The notes: generated from the letters alone by a model not told the origin. 64,000 nucleotides of DNA from an uncultured Chthonomonadaceae bacterium (GCA_963817895.1 CAWFQB010000001.1:1280001-1344000); one strand, 5' to 3'; counted from the first letter of the stretch, positions 32,933 to 45,862 are shown. Numbers and translations are program-made.

Positions 32933-33922
32933 CTATTCGCTCCCAATTAGTCTCGCTGCCTGACGCAATCTTCCTACGTCGCGCATGGGCGGCTCGCCGA
33001 ACTGCCGCTTGTACTCCTTGCTGAACTGCGCGGCATCTTCGTAGCCTACCCGATAGCCGACGGTTGCCGCGTCCAGGTCTTCCCCCACCAGAAGGCGACG
33101 CGCTTCCTGAAGGCGCAACTGCTTTTGGAACTGAAGCGGGCTCATCGCGGTGACGGCCTTGAAGTGTTCGTGAAATCCCGAGGAGCTCATCCCCAACTCC
33201 TTTGCCAAACCTTCAATCCGAAGCGGCTTGTCAAAATCGTGCCGAAGCCGATTAATGGCGCGGGCGATGCGGACCGTGTGGCCCCCCTCCAGGGCGATGT
33301 GCCGCAACCGCGCGCCCTGCTCCCCGACCAACAGACGAAAGTAAATCTCGCGGGTGATCAGTGGCAGCAGAATCCGCGCCTCCGCAGCGGGGGCCTCTAC
33401 GAGCCGCACAAGCCGCACGGCGGCTTCCAGTAAACCGTCTTCCAGCGAGCTTACATCGAGGGCCCGCTGGGCCGCAGCCGCTCGGTGGGGCGAAGGCATT
33501 GCGGCTTCCAGCATAACGGAGGCGACGAGGGCCGGATCGAGCTCCAAACGCAGGCTCAGGTATGGTTTTTCTGGGGATGCTTCGATGCTCTGAATCACGA
33601 TGGGCAGCTCGACTGTGCAGAGCATATAGTGGTGCTCATCGTAGCGGTAGCGCTCCTCCCCCAAAAAAATCTCCTTGTTCCCCTGGGCGATAACGCAGAA
33701 TGTGGGGAACGCCACACCGGGCGTCGGTTCCGGCGTGGCGGACACGCGGGTAAGGTGTAACCCCTTCAGCGGTTCAATGTCCCCGTCTTTCGGAACCGCG
33801 CGCCCGATGCGCTCCGTCAGCTCCTCGCGGTAGGCATATGCCATCATCTCCTTGCGTCCACCCGCCCCGCTTGACGGTCGTGCATCCCCGTTGCTCACCA
33901 AGTTATGCGCCTCATTGTTCAT
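32933..33922 (-). CDS. AraC-family transcriptional regulator (AraC_N / YqhC-like)
   Basis: CVIAQGNK, PYLSLRLELD, GMSSSGFHEHFKAVTAMSPLQFQKQLRLQEAR, VGYEDAAQFSKEYKRQFG. Confidence 0.93.
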   Translation of the reverse strand: MNNEAHNLVSNGDARPSSGAGGRKEMMAYAYREELTERIGRAVPKDGDIEPLKGLHLTRVSATPEPTPGVAFPTFCVIAQGNKEIFLGEERYRYDEHHYMLCTVELPIVIQSIEASPEKPYLSLRLELDPALVASVMLEAAMPSPHRAAAAQRALDVSSLEDGLLEAAVRLVRLVEAPAAEARILLPLITREIYFRLLVGEQGARLRHIALEGGHTVRIARAINRLRHDFDKPLRIEGLAKELGMSSSGFHEHFKAVTAMSPLQFQKQLRLQEARRLLVGEDLDAATVGYRVGYEDAAQFSKEYKRQFGEPPMRDVGRLRQAARLIGSE

Positions 33923-33969
33923 GAATTCATAGTACCACCTCCCCATAAGCAGTGCCGTTTTTTTTGAGG

Positions 33970-34010
33970 TTCTGGAAGAATGACTAATTCTTTCCGAGGA
34001 ATGTCCTATC
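33970..34010 (+). promoter_or_regulatory. Possible AraC-type tandem binding half-sites
   Basis: Imperfect direct repeats TGGAAGAATGACTAA and CCGAGGAATGTCCTA about two helical turns apart in the divergent intergenic region. Confidence 0.3.
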
Positions 34011-34197
34011 TACTTGTTCTTTGTCCACCGTAGAATAACGCAGAAGGCACAAGAAGTGCCCCTGGCCCCTTGTTGCATTGTGGAAATCTCTCTAATACGG
34101 AGACTGCCTCTTGGCTGGTCACAATCAAGGGCGTTGAGGCATTTGCAGGCAAAAGAAATCCATACAAAACAAGGGTCACTTCGCTTTGAAGATGTAG

Positions 34198-35376
<1,179 letters not shown>

Positions 35377-35440
35377 GACGCGCTATACCAGAAGTAAGCA
35401 ACGACGCACGATGAATACCAGAGCAAAGGAACGACGCCCC

Positions 35441-36130
35441 ATGAAACGAACCGCACTCGTGACCGGCGCCAACCGGGGTATCGGCCTCGCCATCGCCCGG
35501 CGTCTGGCGGAGCTTGGAAACCTTGTGCTCCTCGGAGCGCGCGACCTCAGGGCCGGCCAGGAAGCCGCCGATTCTCTCCGCCATCTGGGGCATGAGGTCG
35601 TGCCGGTCCACTTGGATTTGACCGATCCAATGACGATCAATGCCGCCCTCGATGCTTTCGAGAAATCCAGCACTCGGGTGGATGTGCTGGTCAACAACGC
35701 GGGCGTGCTCCACGACAAGGCGCTGCTGGAACTGACGGACGCAGAGATCGAGGAATCCGTTTCGGTGCATCTGACGGGACCGCTTCGCCTGATCCGCGCT
35801 CTTGTGTCCAACATGGAAGCGGCGGGTTATGGTCGGATTGTCAACGTGTCGTCGGATTGGGGATCGTTCGCTGCTGGTCTTGGTGGACCCGAGTTGTATG
35901 GCGTGACGAAGGCGGCGCTGAACGCGCTCACCGTTCGACTGGTGAAGGAACTACCGTCCACAATTACGGTGAATGCGATGTGTCCCGGCTGGGTGCGGAC
36001 GCGCATGGGCGGACAGAGCGCGACCCGAACTCCGGAGGAGGCTGCCGACACGGCCGTCTGGCTCGCGACGCTCCCGGAAGACGGTCCCACGGGCGGCTTT
36101 TACAGAGATCGCAAGCCCCTCAAGTGGTAA
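35441..36130 (+). CDS. Short-chain dehydrogenase/reductase
   Basis: [24 protein letters not shown]. Confidence 0.92.
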   Translation: MKRTALVTGANRGIGLAIARRLAELGNLVLLGARDLRAGQEAADSLRHLGHEVVPVHLDLTDPMTINAALDAFEKSSTRVDVLVNNAGVLHDKALLELTDAEIEESVSVHLTGPLRLIRALVSNMEAAGYGRIVNVSSDWGSFAAGLGGPELYGVTKAALNALTVRLVKELPSTITVNAMCPGWVRTRMGGQSATRTPEEAADTAVWLATLPEDGPTGGFYRDRKPLKW

Positions 36131-36168
36131 TCGGATATCGGGAGTGCAAGGAAAGTGAGGAGATAGAT

Positions 36169-37017
36169 ATGAGTGCAAAGAAGGTCTGGTTTATTACGGG
36201 CGCCGGTCGCGGCATGGGAGTCGATTTCGCCAAAGCGGCGCTCGCTGCCGGTCATCCGGTCGTCGCCACGGGCCGAAACACGGACACCGTCCGCAAGGCG
36301 GTCGGCGAGACGGACAACCTGCTGGTCGTTACGCTGGACGTCACCCGTACCGAGGAGGCCGAGGCTGCGGCGCGGGCTGCCGTCGAACGCTTCGGCCGCA
36401 TCGACGTGCTGGTCAACAACGCCGCCAACTTCTACGGCGGCTACTTCGAGGAGCTGACGAAGGAGCAGATCGAGCGGCAGCTGGCGACGGCGCTCATCGG
36501 CCCGATGAACGTTACCCGCGCCGTGCTGCCCGTGATGCGCAAGCAGCGCTCGGGCCACATCCTCTCGATCTCATCGGGGGCGGGCCTCACGGGCTTCGAG
36601 TTCAATTCCGCCTACTGCGCCGCCAAGTTCGGCCTGGAGGGGTGGACGGAAGCGCTGCAAGCCGAGATTGCCCCGTTCGGTATCCACACCACCATCGTCA
36701 ATCCCGGCTTCTTCCGCACCGAGCTCCTGACCCAGGAGTCGGCGACCTATGCCGAGCCTTCCCTCGAAGACTACGCCGAGCGCCATCGCCAGCGGGTGCA
36801 GTGGTACGAAGCTATGAACGGCAAGCAGTCCGGGGATCCACGCAAGCTCGCCCAGGCGCTGCTGACGATCTCGGAGCAGGATTCGCCGCCGCGGCGTTTC
36901 CTCGCCGGGGTCGATGCCATCGGTATCGCCGAGCAGAAGGTGCAGGACTTGGAGGAGCAGATCAACGCCTACCGCGACCTGTCCATCTCCCTGGCACATG
37001 ACGAGGCCAATGCGTGA
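36169..37017 (+). CDS. Short-chain dehydrogenase/reductase
   Basis: TGAGRGMG, NNAA, YCAAK, PGFFRT. Confidence 0.92.
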   Translation: MSAKKVWFITGAGRGMGVDFAKAALAAGHPVVATGRNTDTVRKAVGETDNLLVVTLDVTRTEEAEAAARAAVERFGRIDVLVNNAANFYGGYFEELTKEQIERQLATALIGPMNVTRAVLPVMRKQRSGHILSISSGAGLTGFEFNSAYCAAKFGLEGWTEALQAEIAPFGIHTTIVNPGFFRTELLTQESATYAEPSLEDYAERHRQRVQWYEAMNGKQSGDPRKLAQALLTISEQDSPPRRFLAGVDAIGIAEQKVQDLEEQINAYRDLSISLAHDEANA

Positions 37018-37220
37018 ACCTCGGCTGAAAGAACGAAGGAGGGAATTCGTTATGAATCCTTTAGGTGTCCCCTCGTTGTTGTTCATGGCGCGGGTCATGT
37101 CGATCTTTACGACCGCGTGAACATGATTCCGTTTGACAAACTCACGGATTTTTTCACGAAGAACCTCTGACGTAGCGGCAAAGCGGTGATTGCCGCTCGC
37201 ACAGAAGAGAAGGCATACAT

Positions 37221-38441
37221 ATGGAAGTCAAATCAATCCCGCAATTGACCGCGTTTCACAGGAATTCGGAAGCAACGGGCGCAGCGGTAACCTGGCAGAC
37301 GTGGAGTGCGGTCGGCTCTATGGCGCTCTGCGTGGCCCTGCTGATCGCCTCGGAATTCATGCCGGTCAGTCTGCTCACGCCCATCGCCGCAGACCTGCAC
37401 GCGACCCAGGGCATGGCGGGCCAGGCCATCTCCATTTCGGGGCTGTTCGCGGTTATCGCAAGTTTGTTTATCGCCACCATCGCCGGTCGCTTTGACCGCC
37501 GCCATGTCTTGCTCACCCTCACGGGAGTGATGCTCGCCTCGCTCGTGCTGATCGCGCAGGCGGAGAACTTCCTGATGCTGATGTTAGCGCGAGCGCTTCT
37601 CGGCGTCGTCATCGGCGGGTTCTGGTCGCTCGCCACAGCGACGGTCATGCGCCTGGTCCCGGAGCAGTCCGTGCCAAAAGCATTAGCGCTTGTCTATACC
37701 GGCAACGCGGTTGCCACCGCTTTTGCCGCGCCCATCGGAAGCTACCTCGGAGGCATCATCGGTTGGCGCGGCGTCTTCTGGGGATTGGTCCCCATCACCT
37801 TGTTGAATCTGGTCTGGCAGTGGGTGAGCCTCCCGGCGATGCAGCCCCAGGCGGCAAATCCGGTGAGCAAGCTCCTCGGCTTGCTAAAGCGGCGAAACGT
37901 CGCCATCGCCATGGCCGGAGTCATGCTCACCTTTTCGGGCGCATTCGCGAGCTTCACGTACTTCCGGCCCTTTCTGGAAGGCGTGACGAAAGTGAACGTG
38001 CCGCAGCTTTCTCTGCTGCTCCTGGGGCTGGGAATGGCGGGCTTTGTCGGCACCTACGGGGCCGGGGCCTTGTTGAAGCGCCACCTGTATCCCTTGCTTC
38101 GCTGGCTGCCCCTGGCGCTCGCCGCGGCCACGCTCTGCCTGCTTCTGGTGGGGCATTCTCTCTGGGGAGTCGCGCTGACGCTGGTTGTCTGGGGAACGCT
38201 AAACTCGGCCATTCCGGTGTGCTGGTCCACCTGGCTGACAAAAGGCATCCGCGATGAACCGGAGAGTGGCGGCGGGCTGATGGTGGGAGCCATTCAGCTT
38301 TCGATTATGCTGGGGGCGACCCTTGGCGGCTTTCTTCTGGACCATCTCTCAATAGGCGCAACGCTGGTCGGTGGTACGGCGCTGCTGGTTCTCGCCGCAT
38401 TGGTGGTTGGCAGTGGTGACCGAATAAGACCGCTAACGTAA
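37221..38441 (+). CDS. MFS transporter (NepI/DHA1-like)
   Basis: SEFMPVSLLTPIA, GRFDRR, ~12 TM helices. Confidence 0.9.
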   Translation: MEVKSIPQLTAFHRNSEATGAAVTWQTWSAVGSMALCVALLIASEFMPVSLLTPIAADLHATQGMAGQAISISGLFAVIASLFIATIAGRFDRRHVLLTLTGVMLASLVLIAQAENFLMLMLARALLGVVIGGFWSLATATVMRLVPEQSVPKALALVYTGNAVATAFAAPIGSYLGGIIGWRGVFWGLVPITLLNLVWQWVSLPAMQPQAANPVSKLLGLLKRRNVAIAMAGVMLTFSGAFASFTYFRPFLEGVTKVNVPQLSLLLLGLGMAGFVGTYGAGALLKRHLYPLLRWLPLALAAATLCLLLVGHSLWGVALTLVVWGTLNSAIPVCWSTWLTKGIRDEPESGGGLMVGAIQLSIMLGATLGGFLLDHLSIGATLVGGTALLVLAALVVGSGDRIRPLT

Positions 38442-38475
38442 TTAACGGAAGCAACGAAATTGGAGGAGTAACATT

Positions 38476-38892
38476 ATGGACATCAAGCGAAGCGGAGCAC
38501 GGCCTTCCGGTAAAGGCCCTGAAGACTGGTTTACCGGCATCGTGCGCATCGACCCACTTTTTTCCGCACCGGACCCGGCGCGGGCTGCGGGAGCGCATGT
38601 GACGTTCGAACCCGGCGCGCGGACGGCGTGGCACACGCACCCGTTGGGGCAGACGCTTATCGTCACCTTTGGTCTCGGATGGGTGCAGCGCGAAGGCGGC
38701 CCGGTGGAGGAGATATGTCCAGGCAACGTCGTGTGGTTTGAGCCGGGCGAAAAGCACTGGCACGGCGCGAGCGCGACCACCGCGATGTCGCACATCGCCA
38801 TCCAGGAGAGCTTAAACGGCAGTCCCGTCACGTGGATGGAACACGTCAGCGATGCGCAGTACCAGGCTCCGCCGACGAAGCAGCCGGAATAG
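38476..38892 (+). CDS. Cupin domain protein
   Basis: [27 protein letters not shown]. Confidence 0.9.
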   Translation: MDIKRSGARPSGKGPEDWFTGIVRIDPLFSAPDPARAAGAHVTFEPGARTAWHTHPLGQTLIVTFGLGWVQREGGPVEEICPGNVVWFEPGEKHWHGASATTAMSHIAIQESLNGSPVTWMEHVSDAQYQAPPTKQPE

Positions 38893-38929
38893 GACGAATA
38901 AAACAACGGAAACAAATAAGGAGATTGGC

Positions 38930-39874
38930 ATGGCACACAAAGCAATTGGTTACCGGAGATACGGAGGCCCGGAGGTTTTGGAGATCTTGGATCTTCCTGA
39001 AATTCATGCGGGGGCCGGACAGGTGCGAATCCGAAATCACGCCGCGACCGTAAATCCCACGGACATCCTGGCTCGAACCGGAATGTTGTCCGAACAGCAA
39101 AAGGGCATTGCACCGCCTTATATCCCCGGAATGGAAGCTGCCGGGGTTGTCGATGAGGTCGGAGAAGGCGTGACGACGGGCGTTAAGGTAGGGGACGCGG
39201 TTCTTGGGCTTGTCGTCCCCCGGGGAGATCACGGCGCCTATCGAGAGCAAATTGTTCTCTCGGCACAATCCGTGGTTTCGGTGCCTGCGGGAAAGTCATT
39301 TGCCGAAGCCTGCACGCTCCCCATGAATGGGCTAACGGCGAGAATGTCCCTTGATCTGCTGAACCTCGCCCCCGGCCAAACCATTGCTGTAACGGGCGCA
39401 GCCGGAGCCTATGGGGGTTACGTCATCCAACTCGCAAAGGCGGATGGATTGGTGGTCATTGCGGATGCGTCGGAAAAGGATGAAGCACTGGTAACGTCGC
39501 TTGGCGCGGACATTATAGTGCGACGAGGTGACGATGTTGCCCGTCGGATCCGCGAGCACTTTCCCGAGGGCGTGGATGGCCTGGCGGACGGAGCCGTGCT
39601 GAATGAACGCGTGATTCCCGCCGTCCGCGATGGGGGCGCATTCACGTCCGTGCGCGGTTTTCAAGGTGAGGCGCAAAGGGGCATCCGATTTTCCAAAACC
39701 TTTGTCATGAATTACGACGGTAAGTTCGACAAGCTGGACCGGCTGCGCGAGCAAGTCGAAAACGGAACGCTCTCTTTACGACTGGCCGCAACTTATCCCA
39801 AAGAACAAGCAGCAGCGGCCCACACCCGTCTGGAGGCGGGTGGAACTAGGGGGCGTATCGTTATCGAGTTTTAA
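38930..39874 (+). CDS. NADP-dependent oxidoreductase (MDR / quinone reductase-like)
   Basis: [27 protein letters not shown]. Confidence 0.9.
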   Translation: MAHKAIGYRRYGGPEVLEILDLPEIHAGAGQVRIRNHAATVNPTDILARTGMLSEQQKGIAPPYIPGMEAAGVVDEVGEGVTTGVKVGDAVLGLVVPRGDHGAYREQIVLSAQSVVSVPAGKSFAEACTLPMNGLTARMSLDLLNLAPGQTIAVTGAAGAYGGYVIQLAKADGLVVIADASEKDEALVTSLGADIIVRRGDDVARRIREHFPEGVDGLADGAVLNERVIPAVRDGGAFTSVRGFQGEAQRGIRFSKTFVMNYDGKFDKLDRLREQVENGTLSLRLAATYPKEQAAAAHTRLEAGGTRGRIVIEF

Positions 39875-39901
39875 CCCATTTAATAAAGAAGGAGACAGAC
39901 C

Positions 39902-40924
39902 ATGCGAGGAGCAGTTCTTTACGGGCCGGGCGACGTGCGTTACGAAGAGCGCCCTGACCCGAAAATCATCGAGCCGACGGATGCTATCTTGAAACTCTCG
40001 GCGACCTGCGTGTGCGGGTCGGATCTGTGGCCCTATCGCGGCGTAGATACGTCCGGTGAGCCGATGCCCATGGGACACGAATACTGCGGCATTGTGGAAG
40101 AGGTAGGCAGCGCGGTCAAAAACATCAAGCCCGGCCAGTTCGTCGTCGGCTCGTTTTTTGCCTCCGACAACACCTGCCCCATCTGCCAGGCGGGGTATCA
40201 GAGCCGCTGCGTAGACGCGCGACTGATGGGAAAAGAGGGCGCGCAGGCCCCGTATCTGCGTGTTCCGCTTGCGGACGGAACCCTCGTCGCTACCCAGGAA
40301 CTTCCTGATGACGATTTGATTCCTGGCCTCTTAGCCACTTCCGATGTTTTCGGCACGGGCTGGTTTGCCGCGGACGCCGCCAACGTGCAGCTGGGGAAGA
40401 CAGTCGCCATCGTGGGAGATGGGGCGGTCGGCCTGTGCGGAGTGATCGCAGCCAAGCAGATGGGGGCGGAGCGCATCATCATGATGAGCCGTCACGAAGC
40501 CAGGCAGAAACTTGCGCTGGAGTTCGGCGCGACGGACATCGTGACGGAGCGCGGCGACGAGGGTATTGCGCGCATCAAGGACATGACCGACGGACTCGGC
40601 GCGCATTCGGTGATTGAAGCGGTCGGCACACAGGAATCCATGATGCAGTCTATTCGCTCCACGCGCCCCGGTGGACACGTTGGTTTCGTTGGGGTCTCTC
40701 ATGGCGTTGAGATTCCTGGCGACGTGCTGTTCTTTGCCGAGGTGCATTTGCTGGGCGGCCCTGCGCCCGTGCGCCATTACCTGCCGGATCTGATAGACCT
40801 GGTGTGGAACCGAAAGATCAACCCCGGCAAGGTCTTTGACCTGACGCTTCCGCTTGACCAGGTAGCGGAAGGCTACCGTGCCATGGACGAGCGCCGCGCC
40901 ATTAAGACACTGCTGCGACCATAA
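39902..40924 (+). CDS. Zinc-dependent alcohol dehydrogenase family protein
   Basis: CVCGSD, GHEYCG, CPIC...C, GDGAVG. Confidence 0.93.
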   Translation: MRGAVLYGPGDVRYEERPDPKIIEPTDAILKLSATCVCGSDLWPYRGVDTSGEPMPMGHEYCGIVEEVGSAVKNIKPGQFVVGSFFASDNTCPICQAGYQSRCVDARLMGKEGAQAPYLRVPLADGTLVATQELPDDDLIPGLLATSDVFGTGWFAADAANVQLGKTVAIVGDGAVGLCGVIAAKQMGAERIIMMSRHEARQKLALEFGATDIVTERGDEGIARIKDMTDGLGAHSVIEAVGTQESMMQSIRSTRPGGHVGFVGVSHGVEIPGDVLFFAEVHLLGGPAPVRHYLPDLIDLVWNRKINPGKVFDLTLPLDQVAEGYRAMDERRAIKTLLRP

Positions 40925-41099
40925 GGAGAGGCTGCCACAAGTAGATGATGGAAAGGATGAATGGAAGAAGTCGCTCGTCGTCGGCAATCGACGTAGCGGA
41001 GTAGCGAAAGGCTTTTGGATTTTTCTGCGAAGAGCCGTTTGTTCTCCCGGAGAGAAAGAGGGCGAGGACAACGTCACTTCATACAAGAGGAGGTACAAC

Positions 41100-41978
41100 A
41101 TGAAACGGATTTCCACGATGCTTGTAGCGCTTTTCCTGGCCGCCATTACCTTTGCGACAGCCTTTCCTACAGGAGCCACTCCGACAGACGCTCCGGCAAC
41201 GGCTCAAAACGCGCAGGAGATCACCATCACGCGAAGCGGCGCAAAACCCCCGCAGCAGGGAACGCCGGAACGCTTCACGGGTTCTGTGCGCATTGACCCA
41301 TTGTTTGACGCGCAAGCGCCGTCTCGTATGCTGGGTGTCTCTGTTACCTTCGCGCCGGGCGCCCGCAGTGCCTGGCACACACATCCGTTGGGACAGACGC
41401 TCATTGTCACTGCGGGCGTCGGTCTCGTTCAGAGGTGGGGCGGACCCATTCAGGAAATGCGCAAAGGCGATGTCGTCCGTATTCCATCGGGCGTTAAGCA
41501 CTGGCACGGCGCTTCGCCCCATTCTGCAATGACCCATCTTGCCGTACTTGAGGAACTCGACGGCACAAACACTACCTGGATGGAGAAGGTGAGCGATGCA
41601 GACTATAGGCACGAAGTACAAGGAGTAAAAACTATGAACAAGGAACCCTCTGCAATCAAAAAATCCCTCGGCGACTTTGCGCCCAAGATGGTGCAACTGA
41701 CCGACGATGTTCTTTTTGGCGATGTTTGGGAGCGTCCTGAGCTTTCGCCCCGCGACCGCAGCCTCATCACTGTTGCCGCGCTCACCGTGGGCGGCAACGC
41801 CGAGCAGCTTCCGTTCCACTTAACCAAGGCCAAAGAGAACGGACTTTCCGAGACGGAGATCGTCGAAGCCATCACGCACCTGGCCTTCTATACTGGCTGG
41901 CCGAGAGCGCTGTCTGCAATTAACGTCGCGAAAACCACCTTTCAAAAGCCGCCCGCACCCCCCGCAGGAGAGAAATAG
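41100..41978 (+). CDS. Signal peptide + cupin fused to a carboxymuconolactone decarboxylase (CMD) domain
   Basis: [13 protein letters not shown]...KHWHGA, then [27 protein letters not shown]...HLAFYTGWP. Confidence 0.85.
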   Translation: MKRISTMLVALFLAAITFATAFPTGATPTDAPATAQNAQEITITRSGAKPPQQGTPERFTGSVRIDPLFDAQAPSRMLGVSVTFAPGARSAWHTHPLGQTLIVTAGVGLVQRWGGPIQEMRKGDVVRIPSGVKHWHGASPHSAMTHLAVLEELDGTNTTWMEKVSDADYRHEVQGVKTMNKEPSAIKKSLGDFAPKMVQLTDDVLFGDVWERPELSPRDRSLITVAALTVGGNAEQLPFHLTKAKENGLSETEIVEAITHLAFYTGWPRALSAINVAKTTFQKPPAPPAGEK

Positions 41979-42203
41979 AGACAGTAACGGATCTAGGGGA
42001 ACAACCGGAAGAGAAGGCATGAAGGATCGAAAGACAATGAGTTTAACTCTAGCGTTGATGGTCATGGCTCTTGGCAATGTCTCCTGCGCCGCCGACTGTG
42101 ACTTTGCTCGCTTCGTGGCACGGTTTGTTCTAGCTGCGTGGCACTGCCAAGTAGACAAGATTTCGTCATTCCTGTGATAACGGCAAAATTGCGTTGCGCC
42201 GAG

Positions 42204-43831
42204 CCCTGTGTGCCACAATAGGTTGAGACAAAATCCCGTACACGAAATAGTGTAGATCGCCAGGGCGGAGAATGGATTTCTCAGATGAATACGCCGTTGA
42301 CAGACAGCCCAACCACTCGCCTCACCAACAATGGACACCACAGCGCGCCCTCCCCCGCGCTGCGCCCGGAGGCGCAGGTGCAAACGCGCCCCACGCGCCG
42401 CCGCTTTACCGCTGCGTACAAGCTGCGCATCCTTAAAGAAGCCGACGCCTGCGTCAAGCCGGGAGAGTTGGGGGCGCTGCTTCGCCGCGAAGGGCTGTAC
42501 TCCTCCACGCTTGCCAACTTCCGCAAACTGCGCGAGGCGGGTCAGTTGGGCGAGAAGAACTCTGCCCAGGCGCAGAAGCAGCGCAAAGACAAAGAAGCCG
42601 CCCGCCAACGCGATGCCCGCAGGATGGCCGCTCTGGAAACCGAGAACCAGAAACTGCGCGTTCTGCTGGAACTCCAAAAAAAAGTAGCGGCCTTGCTCGA
42701 CCTGACACTGGAAGAAACGCCGCCCGAATAAGCCTGGTTGCCGAAGCGGGCGCAACGACCGGGATTGGCCGCGCCTGTGATGCGGTGCAACTGAGCCGCG
42801 CCCGCTTCTACCGGGAGCAACACGCTGGTACGGGCACAATCCAAGAAGGCGTCCTTGTTCCCAAAGCACAACGGGGTTCTCCTCGCCGCTTGTCGGAAGA
42901 GGAACGCGCCCTGTTGCTCAATCTACTCTTGTCGGAACGCTTTGTAGACGCTTCGCCCCGGCAGGTGTATGCGCAATTGCTGCAAGAAGGCGTGTATCAC
43001 GCTTCCTATCGCACGATGTATCGCCTGCTGCACGAACACCAAGCCATCTGTGAGCGTCGGCGGGTTCGCAGGCATCCGGCGTATAGCAAACCTGAACTTA
43101 AGGCAACCGGCCCTAATCAGGTGTGGACATGGGACATCACCTACTTGAAGACGCCCATTCGGGGTCGCTTCTATTACTTATATGTGGTTATGGACATCTA
43201 CAGTCGTTATGTGGTCGGCTGGATGCTCGCAGACCGGGAGTGTCAATACCTGGCGCACAAGCTGCTGCAAGAAACCTGTCGTAAATACAACATCGCGCCT
43301 AACCAACTCACCCTCCATGCGGATCGCGGCGGGCCGATGAAAAGCCAGTCGGTAGCGCAGCTCTTACTTTCGTTGCAGGTGACCCGTTCGCACAGCCGCC
43401 CGCGTGTCAGCAACGACAACCCGTACTCGGAAGCCGGGTTCAAAACGATGAAGTACAGCGCCTACTTCCCGGAGCGCTTTAGCAGCCAGGAAGACGCGCA
43501 GACGTTCTGCCAGGACTACTTTGTCGGGTACAATACGTGCCACCACCATACCGGCTTGGTGTTGCTTACGCCCGAACAGGTGCATTTCGGCGAAGCAACG
43601 CAGGTATTGGCGCAGCGGCAAGTCACGTTAGATAACGCCTATGCCGCGCATCCGCAACGCTTTCGAGAGCGTCCGCAGGCGGGGCAGTTACCCGAACGTC
43701 GTCTGGATCAATGCGCCTGCGTTGCCCGTTGGCGAAGGCACAGCACCGGTTGCCGGTTGAGTGGCGAGGAATGACTGCTCGCTACATAAAAATACTTTCG
43801 CTTTTTGTCTCAAAATCCTTGACACATTCCG
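42204..43831 (+). mobile_element. IS3-family insertion sequence (orfA 42285..42731, orfB ~42785..43774)
   Basis: orfA RRRFTAAYKLRIL..LRREGLYSS; orfB WTWDITY, HADRG, NPYSEAGFKT. Imperfect IRs share TGTG..TTGAGACAAAA; GAG(C) flanks both ends. Confidence 0.88.
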
Positions 43832-43874
43832 GAGCGCATGACCTATAAGGTCACTCTTCTAGGCGATGAGGTTA

Positions 43875-43908
43875 GATTCCTGTGATAACTACTGTTCTCA
43901 CAGGAATC
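43875..43908. other. 34-bp palindromic recombinase-like site 1
   Basis: GATTCCTGTGATAA-CTACTG-TTCTCACAGGAATC (13 of 14 arm match). A half-site ATTCCTGTGATAAC also occurs at 42168-42181. Confidence 0.5.
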
Positions 43909-44118
43909 AGCCCGGAGTGCCACTTAAATAGAAAAGTTGCCAAAGAATCAGAAAAGTCACAAGAGAGAGGCAGGTGGCTAAGAAGTGTTGGTCTTCCTGG
44001 CATAGAAGTGCGGATACAGCGGGCAGGAAAAAGCCACGATGATCGCCAACAACGATTTGTTTTCTGCCATACGAGCAGTATTGTGGGAAGCGAACGCCAA
44101 TGGGGAGGGAGGGAGTAA

Positions 44119-44499
44119 ATGGATAGTGAACACAACAAACAGACGGTTCTGGACTTCTATGACCTCATGTTTAACCAGTGCCAGCCTGCCGAAGCCATCC
44201 AGAAGTATGCGGGCGATACCTACATTCAGCACAATCCAAGCGTTGCTGACGGCAAAGAAGCCTTCATCGCTTACTTCACGCGCATGGCGCGAGAGTATCC
44301 AGGGAAGCGCGTCCACTTCAAACGTGTCATCGCCGAGGGGAACTATGTAGTCCTTCACTGTCACCAGGAGTGGCCAGGCGATACGGACTGGGCAGGTATA
44401 GACATCTTCCGCTTAGACGAGAACGGAAAAGTCGTGGAGCATTGGGATGTGCTTCAGCCTGTGCCCCAACACTCCGAGAATCCAAACACCATGTTTTGA
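44119..44499 (+). CDS. SnoaL/NTF2-like domain protein
   Basis: [43 protein letters not shown]. Confidence 0.9.
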   Translation: MDSEHNKQTVLDFYDLMFNQCQPAEAIQKYAGDTYIQHNPSVADGKEAFIAYFTRMAREYPGKRVHFKRVIAEGNYVVLHCHQEWPGDTDWAGIDIFRLDENGKVVEHWDVLQPVPQHSENPNTMF

Positions 44500-44616
44500 G
44501 AATCTTATTGCGCTAGGCCTAAGGGAAGCTCACCGCCGGGTGCCCGATAAATAGAAAAAATAGTGTCACAGTGCGAGCAAAGTCACACTTTTCACATCGT
44601 CCCCTTTCGGGTACAC

Positions 44617-44648
44617 TTGTGACCCATAACGTCCTTTTTGGGTCACAA
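44617..44648. other. 32-bp palindromic recombinase-like site 2
   Basis: TTGTGACCCATAA-CGTCCT-TTTTGGGTCACAA (12 of 13 arm match). Confidence 0.5.
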
Positions 44649-44778
44649 CGTTGTTCTGCTAAGCCGCTGCTTTTTCTTTACCTTGGTGCCAAAATGGCTT
44701 TATGTCAGCTTGTTCGCTTTAAAGCAGTGTCACATAACCTGCAAAATCCACCAAGAGAGTGCCCCTACTCTGATGAAT

Positions 44779-44814
44779 CGTCAGGTAAGATAACGTCCTT
44801 TATCTTACCTGACG
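44779..44814. other. 36-bp palindromic recombinase-like site 3
   Basis: CGTCAGGTAAGATAA-CGTCCT-TTATCTTACCTGACG (perfect 15-bp arms; same spacer as site 2). Confidence 0.55.
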
Positions 44815-45247
44815 GAATTGCGTGGAAAATCGAACCCTTATCAGGTATTCACTGAAGCGGGTATATTTAGCACAGAGGTAAATATATCCGCTTCAATGAA
44901 CAAGATGACACAACTTCAAAAACTCGTCGCTTCTGCGAGAATCAATATTCAGATCGAGGCCAAGCCTCTGCGGTTTCCAGCCCGCTTGGCTCTGCGCGTC
45001 TGCGTCTTCTCCGGTTGTAGCGGCCTTCTTCCCACGATAGTAAGCAAGCCCGCAGGCCGGACGTTTTACTGGCGGTGACGGCTCCCACGCACAGAGCATT
45101 GAAAGCGACAGCGCAGGCCAGTTACGCCCGATGAGAACAGCCGCCGTTTTCGTGTACACGAACAAATTTTAAGTCGGGCGATGAGTGTAGCGTGGCGCTG
45201 GCAATGGTTTGAGAAAAGCGCTTCCAGCGAGGCAAAGTTTCTCTGCT

Positions 45248-45388
45248 TTAGGCTTTAGGCTTGTTCACGGCCTTCGGTATGCCCACTGTGCGTAGCGCCT
45301 CGTTCGCTTTTTCGACTTTTGCCTTGAACAAGACTTGCTCTTTGTACTGGTTCAACGATTGGTCTACCGCAACAATCGCGCTTTGCAT
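45248..45388 (-). CDS. 46-aa hypothetical protein (not in the ORF track), partner of the upstream gene
   Basis: Manual translation: MQSAIVAVDQSLNQYKEQVLFKAKVEKANEALRTVGIPKAVNKPKA*. Confidence 0.55.
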   Translation of the reverse strand: MQSAIVAVDQSLNQYKEQVLFKAKVEKANEALRTVGIPKAVNKPKA

Positions 45389-45418
45389 TGATCCCGTTCT
45401 TCGCTCTCTTGCATCCCT

Positions 45419-45862
45419 TCAACTCCTTCGCCTTACCAGGAAGGCTTCGTACTCCACGCCCTTCACAAAGATTTGCCACTCGCTGCCGCGCTGTCCATAA
45501 AGCTCGAAATCCTGTAAAATCTCTTCCAAATGCATCGTCAAGCCCATCCGATACAGTCGCGTTCGTGATTTCGTGCTTCCCGTTGCATAAATCCAGACAT
45601 TCGCGTACCGCTCCCTAAACACATAGACCGTTGCCGCAACCGTTGCCAGGACTTTCTGACTGTCGCCGTTGTTGGAAGTGACTCGGTCATCAATTTCTCC
45701 CGTTTCCATATTTTTGTCCCCAAAGCCGAGATTAGTGAACCCTCTGAGGTTGGTTTCCGAATACGGAACGATTTTGGGTATCGCGCCGTTTTGCCCCACG
45801 CTGGTAAACTCAAAAACCATCAGGGTTTCGTCAGACCTCAGTTCGTAGCGCGGCAAGATCAT
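45419..45862 (-). CDS. DUF6934-like hypothetical protein
   Basis: FEFTSVG, NLGFGD, DD..SNNGD..KVLATVA, GST.SRTRLYRM; GAGG RBS. Confidence 0.7.
   Translation of the reverse strand: MILPRYELRSDETLMVFEFTSVGQNGAIPKIVPYSETNLRGFTNLGFGDKNMETGEIDDRVTSNNGDSQKVLATVAATVYVFRERYANVWIYATGSTKSRTRLYRMGLTMHLEEILQDFELYGQRGSEWQIFVKGVEYEAFLVRRRS

Noticed and set aside
44779..44814. The chromosomal dif site
   Set aside because: The arms are symmetric and lack the XerD-type TTATGTTAAA arm; three different sites occur within 1 kb.
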